DNA of 64,000 bases from Antedon mediterranea (taxonomy: Eukaryota; Animalia; Echinodermata). The DNA is taken from contig NC_092676.1 of assembly GCF_964355755.1 (NCBI RefSeq), positions 23,702,871 through 23,766,870 of the forward strand, written 5' to 3'. Positions 38,798 to 52,428 of this stretch are shown in pieces (the stretch's first letter is position 1; each line of letters begins with the position of its first letter). Below the pieces are notes generated by a model. That model made no database searches. It was not told the origin of the DNA and saw only the letters and a list, made by a program, of their open reading frames with translations. Made by a program: the position numbers and the translations under genes.

Positions 38798-41461
38798 TAC
38801 TGTGATACTGTAAAATACTTTGTACTGTTTTTGTCAGTATCTATATGTATTTATCTGGTGTGAAAAGATTGTTATCCCTTCTACATCCGGCCAGCACAAC
38901 TACTTATTGTTATAAGAAATTTGAGTACTTGCTAATTTGAATATGCTAATTTATGAATACAAAATATAGCTTAAAAGAACAGAAAATAAAAATATTGTAA
39001 TGACGTAGTATCAGATTTCAAAGTGTCAAAAATATTTGCTAACCCAACAACCGATTCATAAACTTTCTCTTTTGATAACCAAACAGCTGACGAGACGATT
39101 CGGATGAGCGCAGATCAGAGAACAAGCCGCTAATTGTTTAATTAACTAGATCAATCGGCGAAGCTAAACTGTAACAGAATAACATGATTACGTTGTCAAA
39201 CTTCGCACTTTACAACCATTGTTCACAAATTTAAATCTTTTGAGAGATGAAATTGAGAATTCTAATTCAACAGACAATCTATTTAGGAATCATGTCAAAA
39301 TTATTCTAATGCAGTTACTGCAGTAATTACTTTATTTTTACTGCAAAAAGATCTTAGTTTGTTTCAGTGTTGAAGTTTATTAAACATTAAACAATGTGTA
39401 TGATCACCCAGAAAAAACTTTCTAAATAATTGCAGTAAACAGGTTTACACAGTACAGTAAAGAAAATATAGTTACGACGATAGTAACTACAGTAACATCA
39501 TTTTTACATGATCCCTTTGTACTGCACATCAGAGATGAATAAACAAAAATTGTTATAGTTTCGTTTTACGATCCAGTCAGAATAAAAGAGGTAGTCCCAC
39601 TGTAGGATCATGTCTGAGAGTACTTTTTATTTAGGTGGCCAAAGACAATCATAGAGATCATGTTTGGAAGATGTTTACTTTTTCAACAATGAACAGACTA
39701 GACGCCTGAGATAAAAACAAAATTGAAACATCTAACATTAAAAAGTATCACTTTAATATTTACAAAGGCCTTAAACAAGGAACCCTACACTGAAAATCAT
39801 TAGTGGCCAAGTTTGACAAAACATTGAAAATGAAAATTCTCTCAAGGTCTTTGTAAAGAGACAACAGTAACAATAGTTAAAGTATAAACAAAGCTACGCT
39901 ACGGAACACCCATGCTCCAGTGTTGTGCTCGACACCAAACGTGACAACTTTACACGATTTCCAATCCCTTTAGTTTAGCATCGGTGACTCCAAGGTGTTG
40001 GTCGAAGATTTAGGAAATCATATACCAAAAGGAAAAGTTCCAATTTCATTTGAGAACTGCAAGATTGAAATAAGACCGTATATGTATTTTCTACCATAAA
40101 CAATTTTCCAATTTTTATGGCATATGGTGTCTGGATTTAGTTACGATAATTTTTGGGGAGATATGGAATCATGCTGGTTAACTAGATTTGCGGTTCAAGC
40201 TTCTGTTTGTGGTGTCAAAGCAAAACTAAATTTTATTAGTAAGAATTAGCATATAAATATTAAACGAATAAACATAATATGCCACATTGTAAATTTGACA
40301 TACACCACATTCAAATCAAATGTTGTATGCACTGTGACTATATGAAACACATGAGGGTCGGTGTGGCTCACTGATGATACCACTGATTTGAAGGGGTGTA
40401 GAAAGTCAATGCTGTATGTTCTTTTCTTGAAGGGAAAAGGCCTATGTCAGTTTATTCAGGCACAAAATAGACACATTATAGAAATAAATTGTAAAGTTTA
40501 CAGGCATTATTGAGTCGTCCTGCACCATAAAAAAGTTATTAGTTATTCCCAAGACTTCCACCTACGCTTTCAGTGGGTGTATCCCAAAACACTACAGTAA
40601 TTAACATAAGCTATAGGCCCACAGATCAACACATTTAAATAATATAGTTATTATCTGGGTCGGCCTGTACTAGTTCATTCTCGCTAATATCATCAAGCTT
40701 GCCTCTAAGCACCTCCTCATCATGTGATAGCATGACATTTACTTCATTAAGATAGTGTTCCATTGCCTTTAATTTCTCTGATAATGTTTCCAGATGCTCG
40801 TATCACATAGGTATATAATAATGGATTTTAAAGTTTGTTAAATCAAATTGTCAAAAAAAAAGAACAATATAAATGCTAACCATATGTTTGAATCATTACG
40901 GTGAAATTGGTAGAGGAGTTGACTTTAATTACATATAAAAATCGCATCCATTTAAAATCATCAACTTCCCTTTTACTGTTATTTAAAATAAATACATTTA
41001 GATTAACTACTATCTTTTCTTATGTTTTTCTATATGGTGAGAAAGAAAATAGATGGGCGTCTTCAAAATCAAAGGAAAAGCAAAAGTGGAGAACAACAAT
41101 TATGAAAACACAACACCTGTAAATCGATGTACAAGAAAACATAGGAAATGGGAAAACTTCTATGAAATATTTTCCTGAATTATTTTGTATTTAGATGATA
41201 AATTAGAAGGGAAGGGAAGAATTTCCTGCCAACACAAAACAAGGCAGTGGAGAAAACAGAAAGGTGGAGATAGACAATAAACAGGTAGAAGAATAATGCA
41301 CCATTCAGCAATACACAGAAAAGAACACATGTCCAGAGAAAACTTCTTGCTCCAGGTGTCAAATACTCAAAGTGGAAATCAGGAAGCTTCACGCATATGG
41401 AATTAAAAATGGTCACATATTGTATGAATTGGAAAAATGGAGATTGCACTAAAAGAAATGC

Positions 41462-41602
41462 AAAAGAGAAACTCCATGTCTAGAAGAGAAATGCCATGTC
41501 TAGAAAAGAAACGCCATGTCTAGAAAAGAAACGCCATGTCTAGAAAAGAAACGCCATGTCTAGAAAAGAAACGCCATGTCTAGAAACGAAACTACATGTC
41601 TA
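41462..41602. repeat. 20-bp minisatellite, ~7 copies
   Basis: AGAAAAGAAACGCCATGTCT, with four perfect central units and diverged edges. Confidence 0.95.
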
Positions 41603-42294
41603 TTGCCCACTATGTCGACATAGTTACAAATTATTTATTAAAAAAAAGGGTTTTTCTTGATTAACTTTTTAGTTATAAGTCTAAAAATATCCAGAAGAAA
41701 ATTCTGAACATGGCATTTCAAGTTAATACGTAACCATTTTTTGCGGGGTTTTTTAATTGAAATAACTGATATTTTTTATAAACTTTGTGCTTAGAAATCT
41801 GCAATTAAACTCCAGAAAAAATTCAAAGCATGGCATTTCATACGTCATTCACTTTACTACCTTATCAGCTAAATAACTATAAAAACTTTGAACCTAAACT
41901 CTTTAATAAACTTCACAAGCTTAGCTTGTTACTGTTTGACAGACGTCATGGATATGAATGCTTTTATCATAGCCTAGTTTACATACCCTTTACATTTCTA
42001 TGAATACACTTGTTTATGCATTCATTGTAGATTGGTTATGCAAACTTTCAATAACAAAAAAGCAAAACAATGAAATGTATTCACAAGCGGAAGAAACAGA
42101 ATTGCATAGGATAGAAATAAATTACAGTATGACAGGGGATACATACTACAGATTGAATATGTTCGAAAAGTTGTTACAAATCGATTTATGCAGTTAGTAT
42201 TAAGTATCATATGGCCAACATTTGGTTGGATCTCAAGAAGAAGAAACTAACCCTATACAAAACAAGTTAAAAATGAGTCTGAACAGACTTCTAA

Positions 42295-42450
42295 AGCCTT
42301 GTCTACACTATTAAACTTTATGCGACAAAAATGTGATGTGCCCATATATGGACATGATGATGTCATACCACTGCCATATTTGGGTATATCGCTACCATAT
42401 TTGGGCACATCACACTTTTATTGTCAAACTAATTTGATGTAGACAGAGCT
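42295..42450 (+). mobile_element. MITE family A copy
   Basis: TAA-AGCCTTGTCTACACTATTAAACT ... GTAGACAGAGCT-TTA. Confidence 0.85.
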
Positions 42451-42453
42451 TTA

Positions 42454-42774
42454 AGCCTTGTTCGCTCTGGACTTGAAAAATGGTAAATTTAACCACAGTT
42501 AGCTTTACCCAATGTCATCGCAAGTGCGAATATATTTCGCACTTGGATATTTTCACGCAGATATTTTTACTGCAATTTTACTAAAATTTAACCATGATGT
42601 TAAAAACAATAATTGACTCACTGTGCAGGCAGTGATCGGTAAATGTAAACTATTGGACTTGGTTAATTTAACCCTGTGAGAATTATAGCCAGTGTTTGGA
42701 ATGTACTTTTCTTGGTAACTTCAGCCAGCGAATCGGTAAATTTGACTAAATTTAAGTTGAGTGCGATCGAGGCT
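42454..42774. mobile_element. MITE family D (Harbinger-like), abutting family A copy
   Basis: Imperfect TIRs AGCCTTGTTCGCTCTGGACTTGAA / TTTAAGTTGAGTGCGATCGAGGCT; TTA and TAA flanks. Confidence 0.7.
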
Positions 42775-45700
42775 TAACAAAATGGATATTCCATAGTTTT
42801 TACACTCTTGATTTGTTTATTTTTCCAAACTGTAAAACACAAGTTCCCAACTCTGCATAAACGACTTCTGTTCATGTGGACGGTGTAAACAAAAACATAA
42901 ATATGATTTGCCTCGTCGCCTTTTCCGTTGACTTTTAATCTTGCCATTGATATATTCTTTTGTGTATTTAGTGCAAATGTTTTCACTGATCACATCCGAT
43001 CAGGTGTGAAAACACTTACGCTATCAATTTAAATCGGGTAATCAAAAATCAATAAATACGTTAGTAGTATGCCAAATCATGATATTAACAAGCTGGTAAT
43101 AAAAGCCTTTCAAAGGGTCTCATTTGTGTATGTAAGTTGAATGCAGTAGAAACCGTTTTTAAGGGGACATCTTCAGGACCCAACAAAGTGTCACCCGTAA
43201 GTGTATTGTCCCCCAAAAAAACATGAAAAATAAAGATTAATAAAGACTTTTAATAGGCCATTTCAAAATTTTAATATAAGTCAATCATTTCGTAAAAAAA
43301 AAATAATGTTTATATTTATAAAAAGACAAAATAAACAGTTCAACCAAAAAAATACTGACATCCAGTCAATTTGATGATTGTTTCCTCTTTTTTTTCAAGT
43401 AATTTTGTTTTTTTTTTATCAAATTTTTGTTTTAAAGTGAATATCTATCATGTGACATAAAAATGTTTAACAAAAACATTGAATAAATAATAAAAATAAT
43501 ATAATTATATTTGAAACAATAATGTAATGAATTTAATTAGGTCATCATTAATGTTATTTCAGGTCATTAACTGTGGTAAGTGCTACAAAGTCATACCCAA
43601 TATTAATTTCACACTGGGAAAATAGTTCATATTCCATTGACGTACTTTTTAATTTAAATTTAAACGTTATTAGATAATGGCTGAGTAATCTTTACACGGT
43701 AGTCTAGATCAAAGGGAACCTGCCGTCTGCGAGTGCATTTAAGGACAATGGCATTGTCAAAACTTAATAAATGTATACCGATGACAATATTAAATTGTAT
43801 TCCTACACTACCATTGTTGCGTTCCCCATTCTGTATGGAATGAATGGATAGGCGGGAAGAACAAAGAATATTTTTCTCTGGGCAATCTGCCATCAAACAA
43901 TGGAAAGAAAACCCCACTTTATTATCATGCCAGATGACAAGAGTTTAGGGTAGAACACGACTGATCACAACTTTTTTAACACTTATTAATAATTTGTAAA
44001 AAAACTTAAGAGTACAAGTAGTAGAGTAGAAAATGAACGGTGATGAGCTCATGTACATATTTTCGTGGTACGAACGACATCCCAGAATTATCAGCCAATT
44101 TTCTTGTCTTGAAATGAACCAGCAACAAAAAAATTCCAAATTAATTATTTTTTAGGGAGGCAATATATTTCAATAAATTACTGGAATATTTTAATTTGGT
44201 ATTAATTGTACCTAATTACATTTAATCATTGGTTTAAAACCTGTTACTCCATTAACTGTAGTAAGAATGTGGGTGGCATATTTACAGCATATTGGATTCC
44301 AAATAAAAACACATATATCACACAGCCATTTAAATAGAAGATAAGAAAGTTTAACCAGACTTGTTTTTAGGCCACAGAAGAAGAAACATGTTGATAAGGA
44401 GAGCTAACCTGGGCCCAATTATGAACCATATGGTTAATATCAAAGTCAAGGGCAGAGAAAAACAATGATCCAACCCTTCCCTGTTGGATATATGCATGTT
44501 TCCATGGTGATTGTTATTAAGAATGAGTTCACCATTTTTAACAGAGTTTTTAATTTTAGCTATATTAAACATTGATGAATGATTCATCATTCATAACATA
44601 ATTGTGTTAAATTTAAAATCGGTGGCAGATATAACTGGGGTTGAATAAGTGTGACCCTACCAATAGAAATAAACAACAGCCAACAAGTATATTTTCTTAG
44701 AATTTACTAGGGCTACAATAACAAAACATGTTCTATTATTGTAGCCCTACTACACCCCTTCCCAACATTCTATTTTCAATGAGCCTGTCACAAAGGTGGT
44801 AATGGTCACTAACCATGCAAATGGAAGTTCAGTCAATCTGGCCAAATATGTCTGGTTTTTTTAATGGTAATAATGAATTTTTTGGAACCTTTTGGACTTT
44901 GAGAAAAGTCTCCGTTTGGGGGAGTTTCTGGTTTTCAGAGAGTCCGGTATTGACTGTACCACAAAAAGAAACCTCCGAATCGCATAATTTTTTTAGGCAT
45001 GGCCAAGATGTAGGCGTACACTAATAATACTGTACAACATGAAAACTAATGTAATTTTATAAACTGGGCGCTAAAAACCAAATTAATCTAAAATTGAATG
45101 AAAACACAATGCACTAAATACAAGGAATGATATCAGGTCAGCATCAAAACCAGCAATTAAAATTTGGACATGAGATATCCCTACAGCAAAACAAACCTGT
45201 CATACTAAATTACTTTTGGAATGTCTCCAGCTATAGTAATGTTTTCAGAATGCTATGCACCAATATATAAACTCTCACCTTTGAACATTCTACCACTTTA
45301 AGAGTTGTACCTATTAAAATTATGTATGACATTAGGTCAGAGAATAAAATTACACTAAATGTGATTTATGTATTCAGAGTGTTTAGCAAGTAGAGTAGTT
45401 AAAGATCATGCATGTTATAGTACAAACACAACAAGTGAATGTTTATTTTTAGTTTACCATCAACTGTGAAGACAGAAAATAAAGTAAGCCTTTACCCAGT
45501 GTTTATACTAAACAAAATATATAGTAATTTTGTATTCAGAAACATTACTAAAATCAGGAGGTATTCATTCATTTATAGGTATGACCTATGACCCAAATAG
45601 TTACATTAATTTGTACCTACAGTAACAGGTAAATCTAAATGCAGATAGAAGACAAGCTTAGTGCCCAATCAGGTTTAAGTTATTTACAAATTAATTAATT

Positions 45701-46749
45701 AACTAACTAACTGTAATTTAGCGATAATTAAATTAGTCCATTAAAAACCAACATAACATAATATTTCTTAAACAGACTTTTCTGTGCTATTTATGTTTAG
45801 TAAATATACTGTAAGCCCTCCATCTGGAGAGCACAGGCCATTGTCAGTTTATCCAAGTACATTACGCTAGGCGCGAAACAGACCATGTTTATGTTTTTTT
45901 TTAAATTCTTATTGATACACAGCATACATAGTAGTACACAAACATCAGTTAATTATACCAATAATCGCATTACCACAAGAATGTATATAATCTTATTAGT
46001 AATTGGCAAATATATCTACACAAATTAGCAAACAATCGTAATTGATATTCTAACAATATGGCCTTCTACAGTAACTAACATCTGTCCTCTTACATGTATG
46101 TCAAAATTAAAGAAGAAAAGAGAAACAATTATGAAAAAAAGAAAAGAATAAAAGTATTGTTATTTTTATCCGGTTTAATAATCTCGCTCAAAATAGACAT
46201 ATCATTATGGAACACTGAAACTTTCGTCAATCAAAGTATTAATTGAATTTGTCCTTGACCTAGATAATAGCGCGTCATATTTTAAATCATAACTACAAAC
46301 ATAACCACGTTATTCTATACATTATTGAATTATGACAAAAGAGTCACTCTGTGACAATGTGTGTTATGATTATGAAATGATCTAAAGAACCTTTGCCATA
46401 TGTCATGATCTGAAACATTTATAGAGAAGTTCTGAGCTTTTGGTACAGTACAACTTACTAGTAGTGGTAAACAAGTAATAGAATTCTTTCTAAATCGATA
46501 ACAAGTATGTGTGTACAAAATTATCATCACAAAAAGTTTTAAATATTAATATCACTAAAAAAGAGGATAGTTTATGCTAAAAAAATTCAGATGCAGTGGG
46601 AGGTACAGTACTGCTTTGCTCCTAATTATTTTTTAGAATTTGGAAAAAACATTCCGATTATTGTAATGTATTATTTAGTTGGGATTATTGGGAAAGCAAA
46701 TTTCGGCCTAATATTGCTATTGATTTTTTTTTCACTATCGTGCCTTTTC

Positions 46750-46945
46750 TTGTTTAAAGACTATGGTTCGACAAGCTCTCATATGAGTGCTTCAAAGTGC
46801 AGGAAAACTGAGCGGTTTAAATGGTTCCTTTGGTTTTTTTATATTTTTGGTTATCTTTCATATTTTATGAATCATTTTTGTGTGTAAAGCGCTTTAGAAA
46901 AATTGTATTATTAGGCACTATATAAGACAACCTTTATTATTATTT
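46750..46945 (+). mobile_element. L2-like LINE/SINE 3' tail
   Basis: GTAAAGCGCTTT...AGGCACTATATAA...(TTA)n; similar tails at ~9800-9875, 27060-27132, 29310-29430 (reverse), 29930-30000 and 56445-56515. Confidence 0.45.
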
Positions 46946-49900
46946 TGCTTTTCGAAATTTTAAATCAATCAATTGACGTTTTTTCACAATATTTCAAAAT
47001 TAAGACCTCTGAAAATGTACACTGTATAATGTGTACTACAGTACTGTAAATTATCTAATTATTTGTAACCTTGTAGTAGTATATAAACTATGACCTGTGA
47101 GTTAATGGATTTCCATATATGGAATAACTGCAGGTATTGTGCTCATCAATTAGAAGTTATCTACTGTAATTAAAACACTTCAATTTATCTTGATTAAATT
47201 TCAAAGTTTGTGATTACCTCCCAGAAGAATAATCAACAATTATTTCAAGTTAATTAAGTACTATTTAAATAGACAATCATTATTATACTGTAGAAATATC
47301 ATTTTTTTTCAGAGCGTAAATAGTAGTCTAGTCTCCGAGATCAGAAAAAAATTTGGGAGTTATGTTTGGAAATGCGACTTGAAGAAGTTTAATAATATTC
47401 TATTATACTGTTTTTTTCTTAAAGAAGAGAATGTCACTTTATTATCCATGTGTAATGGGCTGGTTATGTAAATTAGAAGATAAAAGTTATACTTTTTTTT
47501 GGTTAAAATATAGAAAGATTTAAAATATATAAGCATGAAATAAGCCATATAATGTTTACTATGGATTTGAAATTTGGTTTGTAAAAAAACCTAAAGTTAC
47601 CACTATAAAATGTATCACTTTTCCTAAAAATACAAATACAATGCTCATCTATAACAAATGTTCACTGACACTTGCTGCAAACCTGACCAAAAGCAGATAA
47701 ATTGATGGCAGAGAGCATGCCTGTTATTGCTACAAAATGCAATGTTTTTCTCTTGTACATTTCAAGGGATTTCAAGGGCTTTACTGAAGATGGCCATTTA
47801 GTTCAAGATGAGTCACTAATTTGCATATTCTGCTCAGCAACACATTCGAATATACATGATTAAATGCTATCAAGGCCTTGGAAACATATTAGATTTATTT
47901 TAATTGTGCATTTTATATTTTTGTTTATACCCTTTGTGGAAAAAAACAATATACTATTAGTATTTTTTCAGTATATTTTACAGTTTATTTTCAACACATA
48001 CTTACAAAAACCTGTATAAAACTTGTGGTCATTTTCGAAATTCAAAATTAATTCATTTTCAAAGGCACAGTGTTCGTGAAGTAAAGCTTAAAGTTTCCAA
48101 AACAGGTCCGTTATAACCAAAAATCCAATTTGACATACAAATATAGAGAAAACCAATAAAAAGTATTTAATAAAAAGTTGCAAACAAGCATGCAAGATGC
48201 ATGTGTAGTCATCATCAAATCAAATTAATCTTTACAAACAACAACCTCAAGCATATCACTAAATTGTCAAAAGAAACTGGTAAAGCAAAACAAAGAATTT
48301 AACTTTTCTTTGCATCGGACCAAACCAGCTAGCTAAGCCCCTGTACGTTGCTGGAGGCGCCAACTGGTGTATGCAAGATTGTCAACAAGTTAGAAAGGAT
48401 GTTTGAATTGCTGCTTTTAAGAATCTTGACAAACAATATTTAAACCCCGGTATGAAGTGCTGTAGAAAGTTAGCAAAGTGCAGTTTAAAGCAATAAAGGA
48501 GAAAAGTGAAATGTCATATTGAATGATTTCATTTTTAGTGAGCTTTTCGATTTTTTGAGACCGACGACGTATGCTTTTATGTTTTGTCGGTGGTCGTCAA
48601 GAAGGAATAAATTTTTGAAACACGTCCTACATGCAAAAACTTAATTCACATGACCTAACTTTTTCTAGGTTATCGAAAATTGAAAACTCCTTATTTTAAC
48701 TCCTATCTTTAATTCTTCTATGAATACTGTATATAATAATAATATTTAAAGATGCATAATTGATATACAAATGGACTGTACCATTTATGAAGAGGGGTGT
48801 TCAATTAATTTTATTTCGAGTATATCTCGCTCTTCGTGGAGAATATGGCATTGCCATTTATCAGTTTATCCATGTATGTTAGGCACGAAATAGACTATAT
48901 ATTCTCTGTACGTAATCAGCAACTTATAATTTTTTATTTTTTTAAATAAATATCATTCTTTATGGCATCCTGTCTATTTTGTATCCAATTAAAGCTAAAA
49001 TGATTCTGTCAAGGTGGACAGAAGAATGCATAAATAAAAAATAATATTATATCTCAAAAGAAATGAAGAAATGATGCCAATAATGTCTCAAAAACGTAGA
49101 TATGGAGATAACTGTATCAGTATGTTTGGACATCACCAACTTCAGAGCAGAGTTTAAAGATACAGTATAATGAATAATAAAATAAATCTCCCTTTTACAG
49201 TATAACGCCAATATTGGTTTATCCGGGTATGTTTGTCACAAATAGACTAAATAACTTCATGATTTATTTACACAGTACATCAATATGAATTATTACTTCT
49301 TGATAGGTATGTCATATTTTAGGGAAAAACAAAACCAAATAGTGAGCGTATTAAATGTACTGTATCATGATTTATAATGCTGACAAACATGAATGTTTTG
49401 AAGTGCATCAACCGTGTGTAGAATGGATAAAGACGAGGCACTGAAGGGTACTTTTACCTACTTAGTTTTGAATAAACAATAATTGATTTTTATATAGCTT
49501 TCTGGTTCGGTATCAAATATCACATAGGGTTGTTTAACTGTATTTAATGACGGACAATGCACGCTTTGAAGATATGACCAGGATGTTTACAGCGAAATAC
49601 AACCTTCTTTTCGTCCTTTTAAAATTTAAATAGAAACTTTTGATAGCTGTAGGTTCACAATATAATTATCTAAGAAAACAACATTTTTTTTTTTTTTTTT
49701 TTTTTTATTTCGAAAACAAAACAAAAAGAAAATTGCTAATAACAGGATGGTTAATATATTTAGTTAATAATGCATAAAATTGCCCATGAGAACAAATTCT
49801 GGGAATCATAAAAATTAATAAATATAAAAATAAGAAAACACTGTTTAAAGATAAACAGTAACACATTCTAAAACTTAACGCAAAAACATTAAAAATAATT

Positions 49901-52182
49901 TTACTGTGTTCTTATAAAATATAAATAACCTCCCATCTCATTAAAAAAAACAGTTCTGTCACAATGACAATCTTATCAATATCAGCAGACGACTAAAACT
50001 TCATTAATAAATGGATAATAGTTTTAACTTTAATGAAAGACTAGACAATACCAAAACCCATCATTTATCTCATTAATTATACTATAGTGTAGTTGGCAAG
50101 AAAAAAATGCCATGGTTAATAAATGACAACTTAAAAAATTAGGACCCAGGCCCACTTACCTGGTAAACAGAAGTGGTTTAAAAACAACATCCTAAAGGGA
50201 AAATCCCCATCTAATCACCATTTACAGTACTAGTTGTGAATATAAAACAAAGGCTGTATTTCTCTTCTTTATTATTGATGATACTGACCTTTTTTAACCT
50301 TCCTCAAATACTAAATATTAAGCATAAATAACATCAATTTTAGATCGCACAAATGCATTTTTGAATCATTAAAAATGACATTACATTTAACAAAAAAAAA
50401 TTGCATTTTTGAATTATTGAAAATAATGTTCAATATATGGTCAAGATGGTATTATTAAATACACTAACTTTGTCAAAATTGATTCATTAGGTATGAAATA
50501 ATTAATGGGTACATAACATCTAAAATTCTAAGCCAAAATTTATAATATTTAACAGCAACAAAATCAATTTACTATGCTGATGATTTATCTGGTCATTTTC
50601 TGGTTTGTTAACCTTCTGAAAAATAAAAAAAGTGTGAAAGCTATTTCATTGGGGAACAATTGAGAAAGATCTTATGATTATAGAGGAAGCTAGAAATAGA
50701 TTTCAATACAGTTGTTCACATTTTGAACTAATTCCTCTTAGTTTCTCCGGGGAACGGAATATGCAGGTGAACATGAGTGTACTGGTCCACAGATGGTACC
50801 ACACACACAGATGAGGGACAATGACTTATTTATATCAAAAAAATTACTATTTTAAACAATGGATACAAATGTAAGGGTTGATATTTAGATGTTAGAAGGG
50901 ATATTGTGCAAACCTCCTCCAAACCACTTTTCATTTCATTTTATAAATAAAAGCATAGCTTGTAATGAATAGACAACTTAAAATTGTAGATCACAACTAG
51001 AACTATAAAAGGAGACAAATTATGGGTGAAAAAAGAAATTGAATTGCTTTATTAGTTTGCCTATTAATTATGGGATGGAAAACTTTAATTTTTGGGAAAT
51101 TATCTAGTATTGTACTACTTACAGTATACTGTATGTACAATACAGTACTGTATACCTATACAGTAGTATGCAGTCTAGCTCTTTTTAACTGTACCTAACA
51201 ATAATTTAAAATTTAATCTGTTAATAATACAGTAGCTTATAATCAAGATTAATATACATGTCTAATGTAAAGGAAGAATTTAATCCAAGTCTAAGAAATC
51301 AGTCTCATTTCAGTGAACATTTCTTAACACTGATGTTTTGAGACAAGATGCGTGGGAAGAGTGATAACAGCTCTAGCTGTTTTATCTGAACATTAAATTC
51401 TGGAAAAAAACATCCGGTTGTTTTTTTTTTTTATGAATATCAATCGAGAGAAAATGCCAAGAAAAATGTAGTACAATAATGATGTTTGTAGATGGAACAT
51501 TCTGTAGTAGAGTAAAAGAAAGAATTTTAAAGAAGACAAAGATACTGTACTGTACAAAAAACACTTATTATTTTAAAACAGAAACAAATTCTGCATGGAA
51601 AACTGAGAGAGGGATGAACAAAGTATTGTTATTGGTAATAATTATAATTTTAATTTAAAATTTAAATTATGATTGAACAATGTAAGTACAGTACAAATTC
51701 ATGAATTGTACGAGTTCTCATTGTGTTAATGAAAGTTTCTAATTTTTGAGTTATATCTCTCTCTTCGAGGAGAAAGGCTATTGTCGGTTTATCCAGATAA
51801 GCTAGGCACGAAATGGACTACAAATTATTTCATAAATTTGTATTAAAAAATACTTGAAACAAAGCATTATGGAAAGTATGTATTGAATAATAAATATAAA
51901 GAAATCTTTCAGCCAAACAATTTTTTTTTACTCCCCTTTCTACCAATAAAATGTAGTTGTTTACTTTCACAGATATTGTAAGCATGTACCTGGCACTTAT
52001 TGTAGGCATAGGGCACAAGATCAAATTTATTTATGGTAAACATTTAGCTTTCTCAACACCCTGTCAGGTCAAGAAACTACTCAACTGGACAGATATCATT
52101 CCATCATTCACTAATGAGGAACGCAAGATAAATAAACAAATTCCATTTCAATCAAAATTACACAAACCAATAGTGGTGTTAG

Positions 52183-52428
52183 TAGTCTATTTCGTGCCTA
52201 CATGTAGCAAAGTTCCTAGAACACTCCTGGACCATAGTGAACTAGTCTGCAACCACGCCCTCATGTGGGAACGTTCCAACGTACCACCGTCATTATTTGT
52301 TTTTGTAACGACGTTATGACATGAAAGAATTTATTAGGATCTAAGAACTTTAACATATCTAAGCCCTCCCTCTGGAGAGTATGGGCTATTGTCGGTTTAT
52401 CCAGGTAAGCTAGGCACGAAAAAGACTA
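52183..52428. mobile_element. TAG-terminated non-autonomous DNA transposon (complete copy of family F)
   Basis: TIRs TAGTCTATTTCGTGCCTA / TAGGCACGAAAAAGACTA; right-end fragments at ~34287, 45812, 48826, 49205 and 51756. No clear TSD. Confidence 0.65.

Noticed and set aside
41462-41602. CRISPR-like array of 20-bp repeats
   Set aside because: Head-to-tail minisatellite with no unique spacers.
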